A stretch of 64,000 nt of DNA from an uncultured Gemmatimonadaceae bacterium (GTDB taxonomy: Bacteria; Gemmatimonadota; Gemmatimonadetes; Gemmatimonadales; Gemmatimonadaceae): the NCBI GenBank assembly GCA_963740355.1, contig CAVUDW010000002.1, positions 1,056,001 through 1,120,000 of the forward strand. Direction: 5' to 3'. The notes under the pieces were generated by a model. The model made no database searches and had not been told where the DNA came from. It was given only the letters and a program-made list of their open reading frames with translations. Positions 20,650-30,268 of the stretch are shown in pieces. Positions within the stretch are counted from its first letter, which is position 1. Each line of letters opens with the position of its first letter. A program made the position numbers and the translations under genes.

Positions 20650-22197
20650 TCAGACCGTCGTGAGTTCCTCGACGGCCTGACGCGCGGTCTTCGACTTGGT
20701 GCCGCGAAGCCGCGCACCGGTCGCGAGGCCGATCATGTCGGCCACGATCTTGCCCGACCCCATCACGCCTGGCAGCCCTGCGCCCGGATGTGTTCCGGCG
20801 CCCGCGAAATACAGGTTCGGAATGTCCTCGCTCACATTGTGCGGGCGCATCCACGCCGACTGCAGCAGCGTCGGCTCGACGCTGAATGCCGTGCCGAGAT
20901 AGCTGTTGAGCGAGTTCTGGAAGTAGCGCGGATCGACGTGCCGTTCCGTCACGATGCGCTCCTTGAGGCCCGGCAGATATCGCTTGTCGAGATGATCGAT
21001 GATCTTTTCACTGTACGACTGATGCACGGCGGCCCAGTCGGTGTTGCCGCCAAGATGTGGCACCACCGACAGCACATACCACGCGTCATCCCCTTCTGGT
21101 GCGAGCGATGGATCGGTGACAGTGGGGCGGTGCAGGTAGAGCGAGAAGTCGTCAGCGAGGATCTTCTTGTCGAAGATGTCCGTCAGCAGCTCCTTGTAGC
21201 GGGGGCCCATCAGGATCTCATGGTGCGCCGTCTCGGGCCACATGCCGCGCGTGCCCCGCGTGCCGAAATAGCTCACGAAGAGTGACATCGAATAGCGCTT
21301 CTTCTTGAAGCGCCGGTCGGTGTTCTTCGGCCGGAACTCCGGCTTGATCAGCTTCATGTAGCTCATCGCCACATCACCGTTGCAGACCACGGCGTCGGCC
21401 TTCACGGTGTCACCGCTCATCAGCAGCACACCGGTCGTCTTCCGCGTGGACGCATCGACGAGAATCTCGCGCACTTCGGCATTGAACTGCATCACGCCGC
21501 CGATGTCCGTGAAACACTGCACCATGCCGCGTACCAAGGCACCGGTGCCGCCCATCGCGAAGTGAACGCCCCACTTCTGCTCCAGCGCGTGCACCAGCGT
21601 GTAGAGGCAGCTGGCGTCGAATGGATTGCCACCGATCAGCAGGGGGTGGAAGCTGAACACCTGCTGCAGGCGTGGATCCTTGATGTACTTGTTGACGAAT
21701 GTCGCCACCGACCGCTGCGCCCGCAGGAGCGCCAGCTGCGGCGCCACCTTCATCATGCTGCCGACGGTGGTGAAGGGCATGTCCACCAGCGACATACCGG
21801 CCACGAAGATCTTCTCCGCCTCGGCGAAGAACGCCTTGTACCCCTCGACATCATCCGGGTTGAATCGCGCGACCTCCTTCAGCACGGTATCCATGTTGCC
21901 GCCGTAGCGGAAACAGCTGCCATCGTCGAAGCGCACGTTGTAGTACGGATCGATCGGAACGATCTGCACGTACTCGTCGGTGCGCTTGCCGGCGGCCGCG
22001 AAGATGTCGTCGATCATCCACGGGGCCGTGATGATCGTGGGGCCGGCGTCGAACTTGAAGCCCTCGCGCTCGAAGACGTAGGCGCGCCCGCCCGCCTTGT
22101 CGAGCTTCTCGACGATCGTGACCTGATGCCCTTGTGCCTGCAGGCGGATCGCGGCGGAGAGTCCGCCGAATCCACTTCCAACGACGACGATGCGCAT
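20650..22197 (-). CDS. crtI: Phytoene desaturase
   Basis: GSGFGGLS FAD-binding motif, FDAGPTIIT, FHPLLIGGNPF, SMSLFV, GAGTHPGAGLPGV. Confidence 0.93.
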   Translation of the reverse strand: MRIVVVGSGFGGLSAAIRLQAQGHQVTIVEKLDKAGGRAYVFEREGFKFDAGPTIITAPWMIDDIFAAAGKRTDEYVQIVPIDPYYNVRFDDGSCFRYGGNMDTVLKEVARFNPDDVEGYKAFFAEAEKIFVAGMSLVDMPFTTVGSMMKVAPQLALLRAQRSVATFVNKYIKDPRLQQVFSFHPLLIGGNPFDASCLYTLVHALEQKWGVHFAMGGTGALVRGMVQCFTDIGGVMQFNAEVREILVDASTRKTTGVLLMSGDTVKADAVVCNGDVAMSYMKLIKPEFRPKNTDRRFKKKRYSMSLFVSYFGTRGTRGMWPETAHHEILMGPRYKELLTDIFDKKILADDFSLYLHRPTVTDPSLAPEGDDAWYVLSVVPHLGGNTDWAAVHQSYSEKIIDHLDKRYLPGLKERIVTERHVDPRYFQNSLNSYLGTAFSVEPTLLQSAWMRPHNVSEDIPNLYFAGAGTHPGAGLPGVMGSGKIVADMIGLATGARLRGTKSKTARQAVEELTTV

Positions 22198-22228
22198 GCG
22201 CCAGACTCTCGGGAAACGCGCGCCTGGC

Positions 22229-22489
22229 TCAGCGGCCGGCGCGCAAGTGCAACAAGTGACAGATGAACGCGGCGCTCAACGCGGGCGCGAGCGTCCATGG
22301 AGGCCAGCCGGCCGCCAATGAGCGACAGGCGAGCGTGAAGCCGGCACCGGCGCCGAGAAACGCGGCGAGCTGCGGCAGCGGCATGCCGCGACCGGTGCGA
22401 CGGGTGATACGTGCGAGCACCGCGCCTTCAACTACCAGCAGCGCCAGGATCGCGTCGTACAGCGCTGGAGCGCGCAGCCAGTCGAGCAA
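22229..22489 (-). CDS. Small membrane protein in the carotenoid operon
   Basis: 86 aa with about 3 hydrophobic segments, co-oriented and filling the cruF-crtI gap; DAILALLVVE...RRTGRG...HLLHL pattern. Confidence 0.65.
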   Translation of the reverse strand: MLDWLRAPALYDAILALLVVEGAVLARITRRTGRGMPLPQLAAFLGAGAGFTLACRSLAAGWPPWTLAPALSAAFICHLLHLRAGR

Positions 22490-22507
22490 GGGTGCGCGCC
22501 GACGCCG

Positions 22508-23470
22508 TCAGCGACCAGCGACAGCGATGTCGCCGAGGGCGCCAGAGGATCGCACGGTGCTGCCCGCGGCCACGTGCGGACGCTTGCGCAGCGCGAGGCC
22601 CAGCGGGATGGCCATGGCGATCAGGCCGAGCGCAAACGCCAGCCACATGCCACGACCCACACAGATGCCAAGTGGCAGCACGCCATTCACGGCATACAGG
22701 CCGAGCGGGAAGTTCGACGGCGATACCTTCTTCGCCCACGTGGACGGCGGCACGATCGCCAGCATCACACGCGCCACTACGATGCCCGTCAGCAACCAGC
22801 CAAGCCAGTTGGTGAGCGGCATGCCGTAGAAATGGCCACCGATCAACACGCTCTGCCAGAGGGGCATGCCTTCCAGCGACGGCAGATGCCAGAGCCAGTG
22901 CACGCTGGCCACCATCGCCGGATCCATCGAGACATCCCACGCCGTCAAAACGAACGCTGCCACCAGCGCCCACCACCAGCGGCTCTTGCCGTCATCGGTG
23001 GCCGGCAACAACCGACCGCAAATGGCGAGCGAGCAATACAGCATGTAGAACCACGACGTCGGGATATTGAACGGCACCAGGCCGAGAATCTTGTAGCCCA
23101 GCTGGTTGGTGTAGCTGTAGGGACCGAACGGCAGGCCCGTGCTGGTACCTAGCAGCTCGGAGCAGAGCGAAATGCCGAAGCTGGCGATGAACACCATGAT
23201 GGCGGTCCGACGCCCCAGCTTGCCCACCGAGTGCAGCAGGCCAGCGAGCGCGCCAAAGACCACCGTGGTCTGACCACCCCACTTGAAGTTGAACGCCATG
23301 ATCTTCTGGTTCGCCGGCGTCGACAGCCACTCGGGAAGCGGCGGCGACAGGAACGTGGCGAACGCAACGCCAGAAAAAATCGACAGCGCGGCATGCGCGA
23401 ACAGGCACATCAGTGCCACGCGCATCAGCGGTGCGGAATCGTCCTGTGGCATTTCGGATGCAACCGTCAC
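22508..23470 (-). CDS. cruF: Carotenoid 1,2-hydratase CruF-like (DUF422 carotenoid biosynthesis protein)
   Basis: SELLGTSTGLPFGPYSY, LVPFNIPTSWF, TAWDVSMDPAM, FYGMPLTNWLGW; GAGGA RBS before GTG. Confidence 0.85.
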   Translation of the reverse strand: MTVASEMPQDDSAPLMRVALMCLFAHAALSIFSGVAFATFLSPPLPEWLSTPANQKIMAFNFKWGGQTTVVFGALAGLLHSVGKLGRRTAIMVFIASFGISLCSELLGTSTGLPFGPYSYTNQLGYKILGLVPFNIPTSWFYMLYCSLAICGRLLPATDDGKSRWWWALVAAFVLTAWDVSMDPAMVASVHWLWHLPSLEGMPLWQSVLIGGHFYGMPLTNWLGWLLTGIVVARVMLAIVPPSTWAKKVSPSNFPLGLYAVNGVLPLGICVGRGMWLAFALGLIAMAIPLGLALRKRPHVAAGSTVRSSGALGDIAVAGR

Positions 23471-23588
23471 GTGCAGTTCCTCGAGTCAAAGCGGCGGGAG
23501 AACAATTGAGCTTGCCACGCATTGGGGATCGCGTCAATCAGGCAAGCACCTAACCCTGGCAATCCGGTAGCGCTGATGAACAAAAAGC

Positions 23589-24578
23589 TCAGGCGAGTCG
23601 AACCAGTTCGTCCGACTGTGCGGCGTCGGCGGGTTCCCACGCCAGATGCGGTCCGGCGGCGATCGGGTGCGGTCGCACGGGCTGGGCCACGGGTTTCGCG
23701 CGCCAGACCTGCCAGAGGACCTGCAAGCGGGCGAGCGTGCTGAGTCGAGCCCGAGTGGTGAGGCTGTCGCACCCAATCCGCTCGACGGCGCCGAGGATGC
23801 CGCTGTACCCGATCGCGCAGGCCCAGGCGCAACGTTGCGCGTCGGGCGAGAGCAGCGGGATACCGGGCATCGCGGCTTCGTACAGCGCGCGGGCTCGCGC
23901 AATCTGCTGCGTCATGAACCGCTGCCAGCGCGGGTCGGTAGCGACCAGCGAGCCATCGAGGATCTGCGCAGGGGTGAGGCCGAATGCCGCCAGATCCTGC
24001 ACGGGGAGGTAACAGCGGCCTCGCTTGGCGTCCTCCCCCACGTCGCGGAGAATGTTCGTCAGCTGCATGGCGAGGCCGAGCGTGCGCGCATACCGCAGCG
24101 CCACGGCGCGAACTTCCGCATCCCCCTGCACGCCAAACACATGGGTGCACATCTCGCCCACCGAGCTCGCGACCCCTTCGCAGTAGCCGGCCAGTTCAGC
24201 CCAGGTGTCGTAGCGCACCGGCGCGAGGTCCATCGCGACGCCATCCAGCAATTCGCGAAGCACGGCCTCTGGAACGCCGAACTCGCGCATCACCCGGTCG
24301 AGTTCACGGAAGACGGGGTCGGACGGGGTGCCGGCGAGGGCGTCGCGCAGCTTCTGCTCGTGCGCCGCCAAAGCAGCTTGCACGGCAGGATCGACGGTAC
24401 CGGTGGCGCAGCGCGCCTCGTCTGCACGGTCGACGATATCGTCAGCCACTCGGCAGAAGGCATACAGCGCAAAGGCGGCGCGACGCTTGTGCTGGGGCAG
24501 GAAAACGCTGGCCAGATGGAACGTTCGTGCATGCTCTCGCACGACGCGCTGGCACACCTGCGCATCACGATCACTCAT
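23589..24578 (-). CDS. crtB: Phytoene synthase
   Basis: ARTFHLAS, YAFCRVADDIVD, YCEGVASSVG, LAMQLTNILRDVGED, GRCYLP. Confidence 0.93.
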   Translation of the reverse strand: MSDRDAQVCQRVVREHARTFHLASVFLPQHKRRAAFALYAFCRVADDIVDRADEARCATGTVDPAVQAALAAHEQKLRDALAGTPSDPVFRELDRVMREFGVPEAVLRELLDGVAMDLAPVRYDTWAELAGYCEGVASSVGEMCTHVFGVQGDAEVRAVALRYARTLGLAMQLTNILRDVGEDAKRGRCYLPVQDLAAFGLTPAQILDGSLVATDPRWQRFMTQQIARARALYEAAMPGIPLLSPDAQRCAWACAIGYSGILGAVERIGCDSLTTRARLSTLARLQVLWQVWRAKPVAQPVRPHPIAAGPHLAWEPADAAQSDELVRLA

Positions 24579-24766
24579 CGCGGGACAGCGGGTCAGGGTT
24601 GAGGGCGGCCGTGGCCGGACGGGTCTGCCAGCTGAACGCAAAGCGTGGCATGAAGTTCCGGCTTGAGGCGACAGGGGGCCGAACGCCGTCGCCGACGATC
24701 AGCCCCTGATGACACAAGGTACCGCACCCAGCAGCCGGGGCGGGAGGCCCCGGCTGGAGTTCAAGC

Positions 24767-25114
24767 CTAGTTCTTGAGTCCGAAGCCGGTCATGGCGCTG
24801 AGGGCCGCACCGATCGGCTTGAAGACGAGTTCGAGCGCCTTGCCGATGGCATCGAATGCCGCGCCAATGGGCTTGAAGACGAGCTCGAAGCCCTTGCCGA
24901 TGACATCGAACAGCATGGCGACGACCCGGTACGGTGCCTCTGCACGGCCGAGCTCGCCAAGGGCGGAGCCGACGGGGTCCATCAACGACCGGCCCTTCTT
25001 GTAATCCTCTGGGGCCGGAGCCCAGCCCATCTTCTGCAGGCGGCTGTAGTGGTCACCAATGAACGCGGCGAGCACGATGAGAATCAGGATGAAAAAGACG
25101 CTGAACGCGGACAT
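24767..25114 (-). CDS. Hypothetical membrane-anchored protein with a tandem 18-aa amphipathic repeat
   Basis: N-terminal hydrophobic helix, then FDVIGKGFELVFKPIGAA / FDAIGKALELVFKPIGAA; GC-rich third codon positions. Confidence 0.6.
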   Translation of the reverse strand: MSAFSVFFILILIVLAAFIGDHYSRLQKMGWAPAPEDYKKGRSLMDPVGSALGELGRAEAPYRVVAMLFDVIGKGFELVFKPIGAAFDAIGKALELVFKPIGAALSAMTGFGLKN

Positions 25115-25276
25115 GGGGCGGGTCACGGGTTGGGGAGACGGGCCGGAATCGCGGACCTGCAAGACATGGTCGAACTCGAGCTGGCCTACTGATACGAAAG
25201 CGCCTGACGCTGCTACCGGCAAGTCGACCGTTTCACGGTTAACCGTCCCGCTGACGGCTCACCAGCGGTCACCACA

Positions 25277-25358
25277 TGCCAACGGCGAGACTCGAACTCG
25301 CACACCGTGAGGTACCAGATCCTAAGTCTGGCGTGTCTACCAGTTCCACCACGTCGGC
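25277..25358 (-). tRNA. tRNA-Leu (anticodon TAG)
   Basis: Minus strand GCCGACGTGGTGGAACTGGTAGACACG-CCAGA-CTTAGGA-TCTGG-long variable arm-GCGAGTTCGAGTCTCGC-CGTTGGCA; CCA not encoded. Confidence 0.95.
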
Positions 25359-25403
25359 ATTGCACCGGCCAATCTAGGGGGCCGGGGAGGAAACTGCGAA
25401 ACG

Positions 25404-25443
25404 AGAAAGCGGCGCCCGGAGAGCTCTCCAGGCGCCGCTTTCT
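25404..25443. terminator. Intrinsic terminator downstream of degP
   Basis: 13-bp stem agaaagcggcgcc / ggcgccgctttct, 13 nt past the degP stop. Confidence 0.75.
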
Positions 25444-25456
25444 GCACGGTTCAGAA

Positions 25457-27016
25457 CTAGTTGCCGCCGATCCGGATCGTCTCCACCCGGTTCGTCTGCG
25501 TCTGCGCGTTGTAGACACCGAGCGTGATCACGTCACCCGCCTTGAGGCCGCTGAGCGCCGACTGGAGCTCGGCCGCGGTCCGCACTGCACGACGTGGACG
25601 GGGATAGACGATCTCCGTGATCACATCGCTTTCGAACAGCTTCCCGCGAGCGCCGCTCGTGACATCCACTGACGCCACGTGCACACCCTTCACGGTGGCC
25701 GGAATGCGTGCCTCGGTCTTGAAGGCCTCCGAGAGCGGCTCGACCGTGATGCCCAGCTTGTCGGCCGAGACACTTTCCGGCGCGTCGCTGTCCTTGTTGT
25801 CACCTGGCGCGCCGGCGACCGCGACAGCCGTCGTGCCATCACCAGGCGCCTCCGCCAGCTTGACGCGGAATGTCTTCTTGTCGCCGAAGCGCATCACGTC
25901 AACCGACACCACATCGCCGGGCTTCTTCATGCGGACGATGCGCTGCAGCGTACCGACGCGATCCACAGGCGCACCTTCGATCGCGATGATCACGTCGCCC
26001 GGCTCGAGACCCGCTGCCTTCGCCGGGCTCGGGGTGTTGCCATCGTTCGAGAAATCACCAAGCGTGACGCCAGCGATCGATGTCAGCTGCGCGGCCTTCG
26101 CTTCTTCGGCCGACACTTCCTTGATCTGGATGCCGAGCACTGCGCGACGCACGCGACCATGCGCGATGATGTCGTCGGAGACACTCTTGGCCAGCGAAAT
26201 CGGAATCGCGAAGCCATACCCGCTGTAGTATCCCGTTTCACTCGCGATCATGCTGTTGATGCCGATCACTTCACCGCGTGCATTGACCAGCGGACCACCC
26301 GAGTTGCCTGGGTTGATCGCGGCGTCGGTCTGGATGAAGTCCGTGATCGCGTAGCGATTCTCGAGTGGACGCTGCAACGACGGTCCGCCGCGGCCCTTGG
26401 CGCTGATGATGCCCGCGGTGACCGTGAAATCGAGGCCCAGCGGATTGCCGATCGCGAGCACCCAGCTGCCGATGCGCGCCGTGTTGTCATCGCCGAACGC
26501 CACCGTCGGGAACCCGCTGCCTTCGATCTTGATCACGGCGACGTCCGTCGTCGGATCCTTGCCGATCAGCTTCGCGGTGAACTCGCGATGATCGGTGAGG
26601 ATCACCTTGATCCGGTCTGCATCGCCGACGACGTGATTGTTCGTCAGGATGTAACCAGTCGACGAGACGAGGAAGCCGGTGCCGCTGCCTTCCATCGGCT
26701 GGCGTGGCTGGCGCCCCTGAAACTGGTTGAAGAACTCTTCCATGCCCGGCGGCACGTTCGTCGGGCGTCGCGCCGTCGTGCGCTTCGGCGCGTCCTTCTC
26801 GACCTGAATCGAGACGACGGCCGGCGTCACGCGCTCGGCGACATCGGCGAAGCCCGGTGCACCACCATCATCGCGTGGCCCGCTGGCCGTTCGAACCGTG
26901 CGCGTGGTCTGCGCGAAGCTCGACTGCGGCAGCTCGAACGCCGTCGCGATGCCCAACCCACCAACGAATGCCGCCGTAACGGCGCCTACAACCTTTGCGC
27001 GTGTCATCATGCTCAT
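25457..27016 (-). CDS. degP: DegP/HtrA (Do family) serine protease with two PDZ domains
   Basis: GSGTGF, LTNNHVV, DVAVIK, FIQTDAAINPGNSGGPL, two PDZ-like segments, N-terminal signal/anchor. Confidence 0.9.
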   Translation of the reverse strand: MSMMTRAKVVGAVTAAFVGGLGIATAFELPQSSFAQTTRTVRTASGPRDDGGAPGFADVAERVTPAVVSIQVEKDAPKRTTARRPTNVPPGMEEFFNQFQGRQPRQPMEGSGTGFLVSSTGYILTNNHVVGDADRIKVILTDHREFTAKLIGKDPTTDVAVIKIEGSGFPTVAFGDDNTARIGSWVLAIGNPLGLDFTVTAGIISAKGRGGPSLQRPLENRYAITDFIQTDAAINPGNSGGPLVNARGEVIGINSMIASETGYYSGYGFAIPISLAKSVSDDIIAHGRVRRAVLGIQIKEVSAEEAKAAQLTSIAGVTLGDFSNDGNTPSPAKAAGLEPGDVIIAIEGAPVDRVGTLQRIVRMKKPGDVVSVDVMRFGDKKTFRVKLAEAPGDGTTAVAVAGAPGDNKDSDAPESVSADKLGITVEPLSEAFKTEARIPATVKGVHVASVDVTSGARGKLFESDVITEIVYPRPRRAVRTAAELQSALSGLKAGDVITLGVYNAQTQTNRVETIRIGGN

Positions 27017-27236
27017 AGCGTGCTCACAGATCCGGGAAGAGTCACTCGTCAGTACCCGAACAGAACCACAACAGTTTCCTCGCCGTTCCGCCGCTTCCTA
27101 TCGTAACCCCTGTTTCGACTGGCGGGACGCCGTCGCCCCCATTCCGGAGGCCGAAATGAGGGCGGGGTCGTACCGGTTGTTCCGCCGCTGACACCCATGC
27201 CGGTGTCAGGGCGGGCCAACCGTTCGTGCGACAGCC

Positions 27237-29156
27237 TTACTTCTTGTCGTCGACGATCTCGTAGTCTGCCTCGACGACGTCCTCAGCCTTCGGGGCGTCA
27301 CCCGCCGTCGGTTCGGCGGCTGGTGCAGCACCTGCCTCGGCTCCAGCCTGCTGGTAGAGCGACGCACCTGCCTCGCTATACACCCGGCTCAACTCTTCCT
27401 GTGCCGCCTGGATCTCGGCCAGATCTTCACCGCGCAGTGCCTTGCGAGCCCGCTCGACGGCTGCATCGAGCTTTTCCTTGGTGCCGACCGCGAGGCGATC
27501 CGACCATTCCTTCGCATTCTTCTCGACATCATACGTCATGCTGTCGAGACGGTTCCGGGCGTCGATCTGCTCGCGGCGCTTCTTGTCTTCTTCCGCGTTC
27601 TTCTCGGCGTCCTTCACCATGCGATCGACTTCGCCATCGGACAGGCCGCTCGAGGCCTCGATGCGGATCTTCTGTTCCTTGCCGGTCGTCTTGTCCTTCG
27701 CCGTCACGTGCAGGATGCCGTTGGCGTCGATGTCGAAGACCACTTCCACCTGCGGCTGGCCGCGCGGTGCCGGCGGAATGCCCGTCAGCTGGAACTTGCC
27801 GATCGTCTTGTTATACACGGCCAGGTCGCGCTCACCCTGCAGCACGTGGATTTCCACCTGCGTCTGGTTGTCGTCGGCCGTGCTGAAGGTCTCGGACTTC
27901 TTGGTCGGAATCGTGGTGTTGCGCGGGATCAGCGTGGTCATCACGCCGCCGAGCGTCTCGATGCCGAGCGAGAGCGGTGTCACGTCGAGCAGCAACACGT
28001 CCTTCTGCTCGCCGGTGAGCACGGCGCCCTGCACGGCGGCACCGATCGCCACCACTTCGTCCGGGTTCACACCCTTGTTCGGTTCCTTGCCGAAGAACTT
28101 CTTGACCGTCTCCTGAATCTTCGGGATACGCGTCGAGCCGCCCACCAGCAGGATCTCGTCGATCTCGCTCGGCTTGAGACCAGCGTCCGACAACGCCTTC
28201 TCCATCGGCGGAATGCAGCGCGTGATCAGGTCGTCCACCAGCTGCTCGAACTTGGCGCGGGTGAGCGAATAGTTCAGGTGCTTCGGGCCACTCGCGTCGG
28301 CGGTGATGAACGGCAGGTTGATGTCCGTCGACTGTGTCGAGGACAACTCCATCTTCGCCTTTTCACCGGCTTCCTTGAGCCGCTGCAGCGCCATCGGATC
28401 CTTCGAGAGGTCGATGGCCTGGTCCTTCTTGAATTCCGCGACGAGCCAGTCGATCACGCGCTGGTCGAAGTCGTCACCGCCAAGGTGTGTGTCACCGTTG
28501 GTGGACTTCACCTCGAACTGACGCGACCCATCGACGTCGTACAGCTCCAGCACGGAGATGTCGTAGGTACCGCCGCCGAGGTCGAAGACGGCGACCTTCT
28601 CGTCCTTCTTCTTGTCGAGGCCATACGCCAGCGCGGCGGCCGTCGGCTCGTTGATGATGCGGAGCACGTCGAGGCCCGCGATCTTGCCGGCGTCCTTGGT
28701 GGCCTGACGCTGCGAGTCGTTGAAGTACGCCGGCACCGTGACGACGGCCTTGGTGACGCCGTGGCCGAGGTAGTCCTCGGCGGTCTGCTTCATCTTCTGC
28801 AGGATCATGGCGGAGATTTCGGGCGGCGTGTAGCGCTTGCCCTGGATCTCGACGCTGGCGAGGTCGTTCTGGCCGGCGACGATCGTGTACGGCACACGAC
28901 CCTTCTCCTGGGTCGCCTCGGACATCTTGCGACCCATGAAGCGCTTGATCGAGAAGATCGTGTTCGTCGGGTTGGTCACCGCCTGACGCTTGGCGATCTG
29001 GCCGACGAGGCGCTCGCCGTCCTTCGAGAAGCCCACCACCGACGGGGTCGTACGACCACCCTCGGCGTTGGGGATCACGACCGGATCCCCGCCTTCCATC
29101 ACGGCCACCACAGAGTTCGTGGTGCCGAGGTCGATGCCAATCACTTTATCAGCCAT
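27237..29156 (-). CDS. dnaK: Chaperone DnaK (Hsp70)
   Basis: [45 protein letters not shown]; true start 29156, the track start is over-extended. Confidence 0.98.
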   Translation of the reverse strand: MADKVIGIDLGTTNSVVAVMEGGDPVVIPNAEGGRTTPSVVGFSKDGERLVGQIAKRQAVTNPTNTIFSIKRFMGRKMSEATQEKGRVPYTIVAGQNDLASVEIQGKRYTPPEISAMILQKMKQTAEDYLGHGVTKAVVTVPAYFNDSQRQATKDAGKIAGLDVLRIINEPTAAALAYGLDKKKDEKVAVFDLGGGTYDISVLELYDVDGSRQFEVKSTNGDTHLGGDDFDQRVIDWLVAEFKKDQAIDLSKDPMALQRLKEAGEKAKMELSSTQSTDINLPFITADASGPKHLNYSLTRAKFEQLVDDLITRCIPPMEKALSDAGLKPSEIDEILLVGGSTRIPKIQETVKKFFGKEPNKGVNPDEVVAIGAAVQGAVLTGEQKDVLLLDVTPLSLGIETLGGVMTTLIPRNTTIPTKKSETFSTADDNQTQVEIHVLQGERDLAVYNKTIGKFQLTGIPPAPRGQPQVEVVFDIDANGILHVTAKDKTTGKEQKIRIEASSGLSDGEVDRMVKDAEKNAEEDKKRREQIDARNRLDSMTYDVEKNAKEWSDRLAVGTKEKLDAAVERARKALRGEDLAEIQAAQEELSRVYSEAGASLYQQAGAEAGAAPAAEPTAGDAPKAEDVVEADYEIVDDKK

Positions 29157-29390
29157 TTCGTCTGCGTCCTCGAGTTTCGAATCAAGCGCGCTCCAAGGCA
29201 GGAAGCCGGAGCCCTGATCGCCGCATCGGTGCCAATGGCGCACGCGACACGACGTGCGGACACCAAGGGCAAGAGCGGGACCCCGATTCTCTGCCGGTTT
29301 GGCAGGGTAGCGCGGAGGGTGTGGCAGGTCGTGCGGACGCGAGCTGGGAGGCGTTAGTTTCCACGGACCACCGCCTCCCACCCGCGAGTC

Positions 29391-30158
29391 ATGTTCCCGA
29401 TCGGCGACGAAAACCCGACCGACAATCGTCCGGTCATGACCTGGACGATTCTTGGGCTGATGGTCGCGTCCTGGCTCTTCGTGCAGGGCGGGGGGGCCGA
29501 CGGCACGTCGCTGATCAAGAGCGTCTGCGAGCTGGGCCTCGTGCCCGGTGAAGTGACGCACATGGCGCCCGTTGGGCAGGCCGTGCCGATGGGCTCGGGC
29601 TGGGCCTGCCTCGTGGACCGGTCCGCGGTCAACTGGTTCACCCCGCTCACATCCATGTTTCTGCATGGCGGGTGGGGACACCTGCTGGGCAACGCCCTTT
29701 TCCTGTGGGTGTTCGGAGACAATGTCGAGGACCTGATGGGCCCGCGGCGGTTCCTGTCGTTCTATCTCGTCTGCGGCCTCGCGGCAGCGGCGTTGCACGT
29801 GGCGCTCTCGCCGGCCTCGCCTATCCCCACCGTCGGTGCTTCAGGCGCGATCTCCGGCGTGATGGGCGGCTATCTGGTGCTCTTTCCGCGGCACCGAGTG
29901 CGGATGTTTTTCCCGCCGATCTTCTTTTTCCATTTCCCGGCCTGGCTGGTGCTGCTCTGGTGGTTCGCCCTCCAGGTGCTGGCCGGGCTGCCGCAGCTGA
30001 CGATGCTGCACGCGGATCCGTCGGGCGGCGTGGCCGTGTGGGCGCACGTGGGCGGATTCGTCGCCGGTGTGCTGCTGGTGCGTCGGTTTGCCCTGCCAGA
30101 TCGCCTCGAGCGACGGCTGGCTCGACAGCTCTCAGGTAGTGTCCGCGCCTACATGTAA
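29391..30158 (+). CDS. Rhomboid family intramembrane serine protease
   Basis: [39 protein letters not shown] (Ser), WAHVGGF (His). Confidence 0.92.
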   Translation: MFPIGDENPTDNRPVMTWTILGLMVASWLFVQGGGADGTSLIKSVCELGLVPGEVTHMAPVGQAVPMGSGWACLVDRSAVNWFTPLTSMFLHGGWGHLLGNALFLWVFGDNVEDLMGPRRFLSFYLVCGLAAAALHVALSPASPIPTVGASGAISGVMGGYLVLFPRHRVRMFFPPIFFFHFPAWLVLLWWFALQVLAGLPQLTMLHADPSGGVAVWAHVGGFVAGVLLVRRFALPDRLERRLARQLSGSVRAYM

Positions 30159-30190
30159 CGGTCCCGTGTCGATTTCATGTAACGGCGCAC
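30152..30190 (+). promoter_or_regulatory. PHO-box-like direct repeats upstream of DUF47-pit-ppk1
   Basis: catgtaacgg twice (30152, 30176); GTAAC/GTGTC/GTAAC at 30155, 30166, 30179; TGTAACGGCG identical to 45551-45560. Confidence 0.55.
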
Positions 30191-30268
30191 TCGGCTTCTA
30201 GTTTTCCTCATGTAGTCCGTGCCGGCGATGACTTGCTGGCACCCCACCAAATCTGGAGCTCCTCCTCC

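Noticed and set aside
23500..23520. sigma54-like TGGCA upstream of cruF
   Set aside because: Lacks the GC at the required 10-nt spacing after GG.
20650..24578. Photosynthesis gene cluster
   Set aside because: Only carotenoid genes are present; no bch, puf, puh or acsF in the window.
24700..25358. tRNA-Leu as an integration site for an island
   Set aside because: No integrase, no visible duplicate of the tRNA 3' end and no obvious compositional shift.
27708..29357. 549-aa ORF antisense to dnaK
   Set aside because: The familiar antisense frame of hsp70 genes produced by codon bias; no independent evidence of coding.
29157..29798. 213-aa N-terminal extension of DnaK in the ORF track
   Set aside because: It overlaps the divergent rhomboid gene; the canonical [12 protein letters not shown] start with an upstream GAGGA is at 29156.
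30152..30190. Short direct repeats as CRISPR or iteron array
   Set aside because: Only two 10-bp copies, no spacers and no cas or rep genes; better explained as regulator sites.
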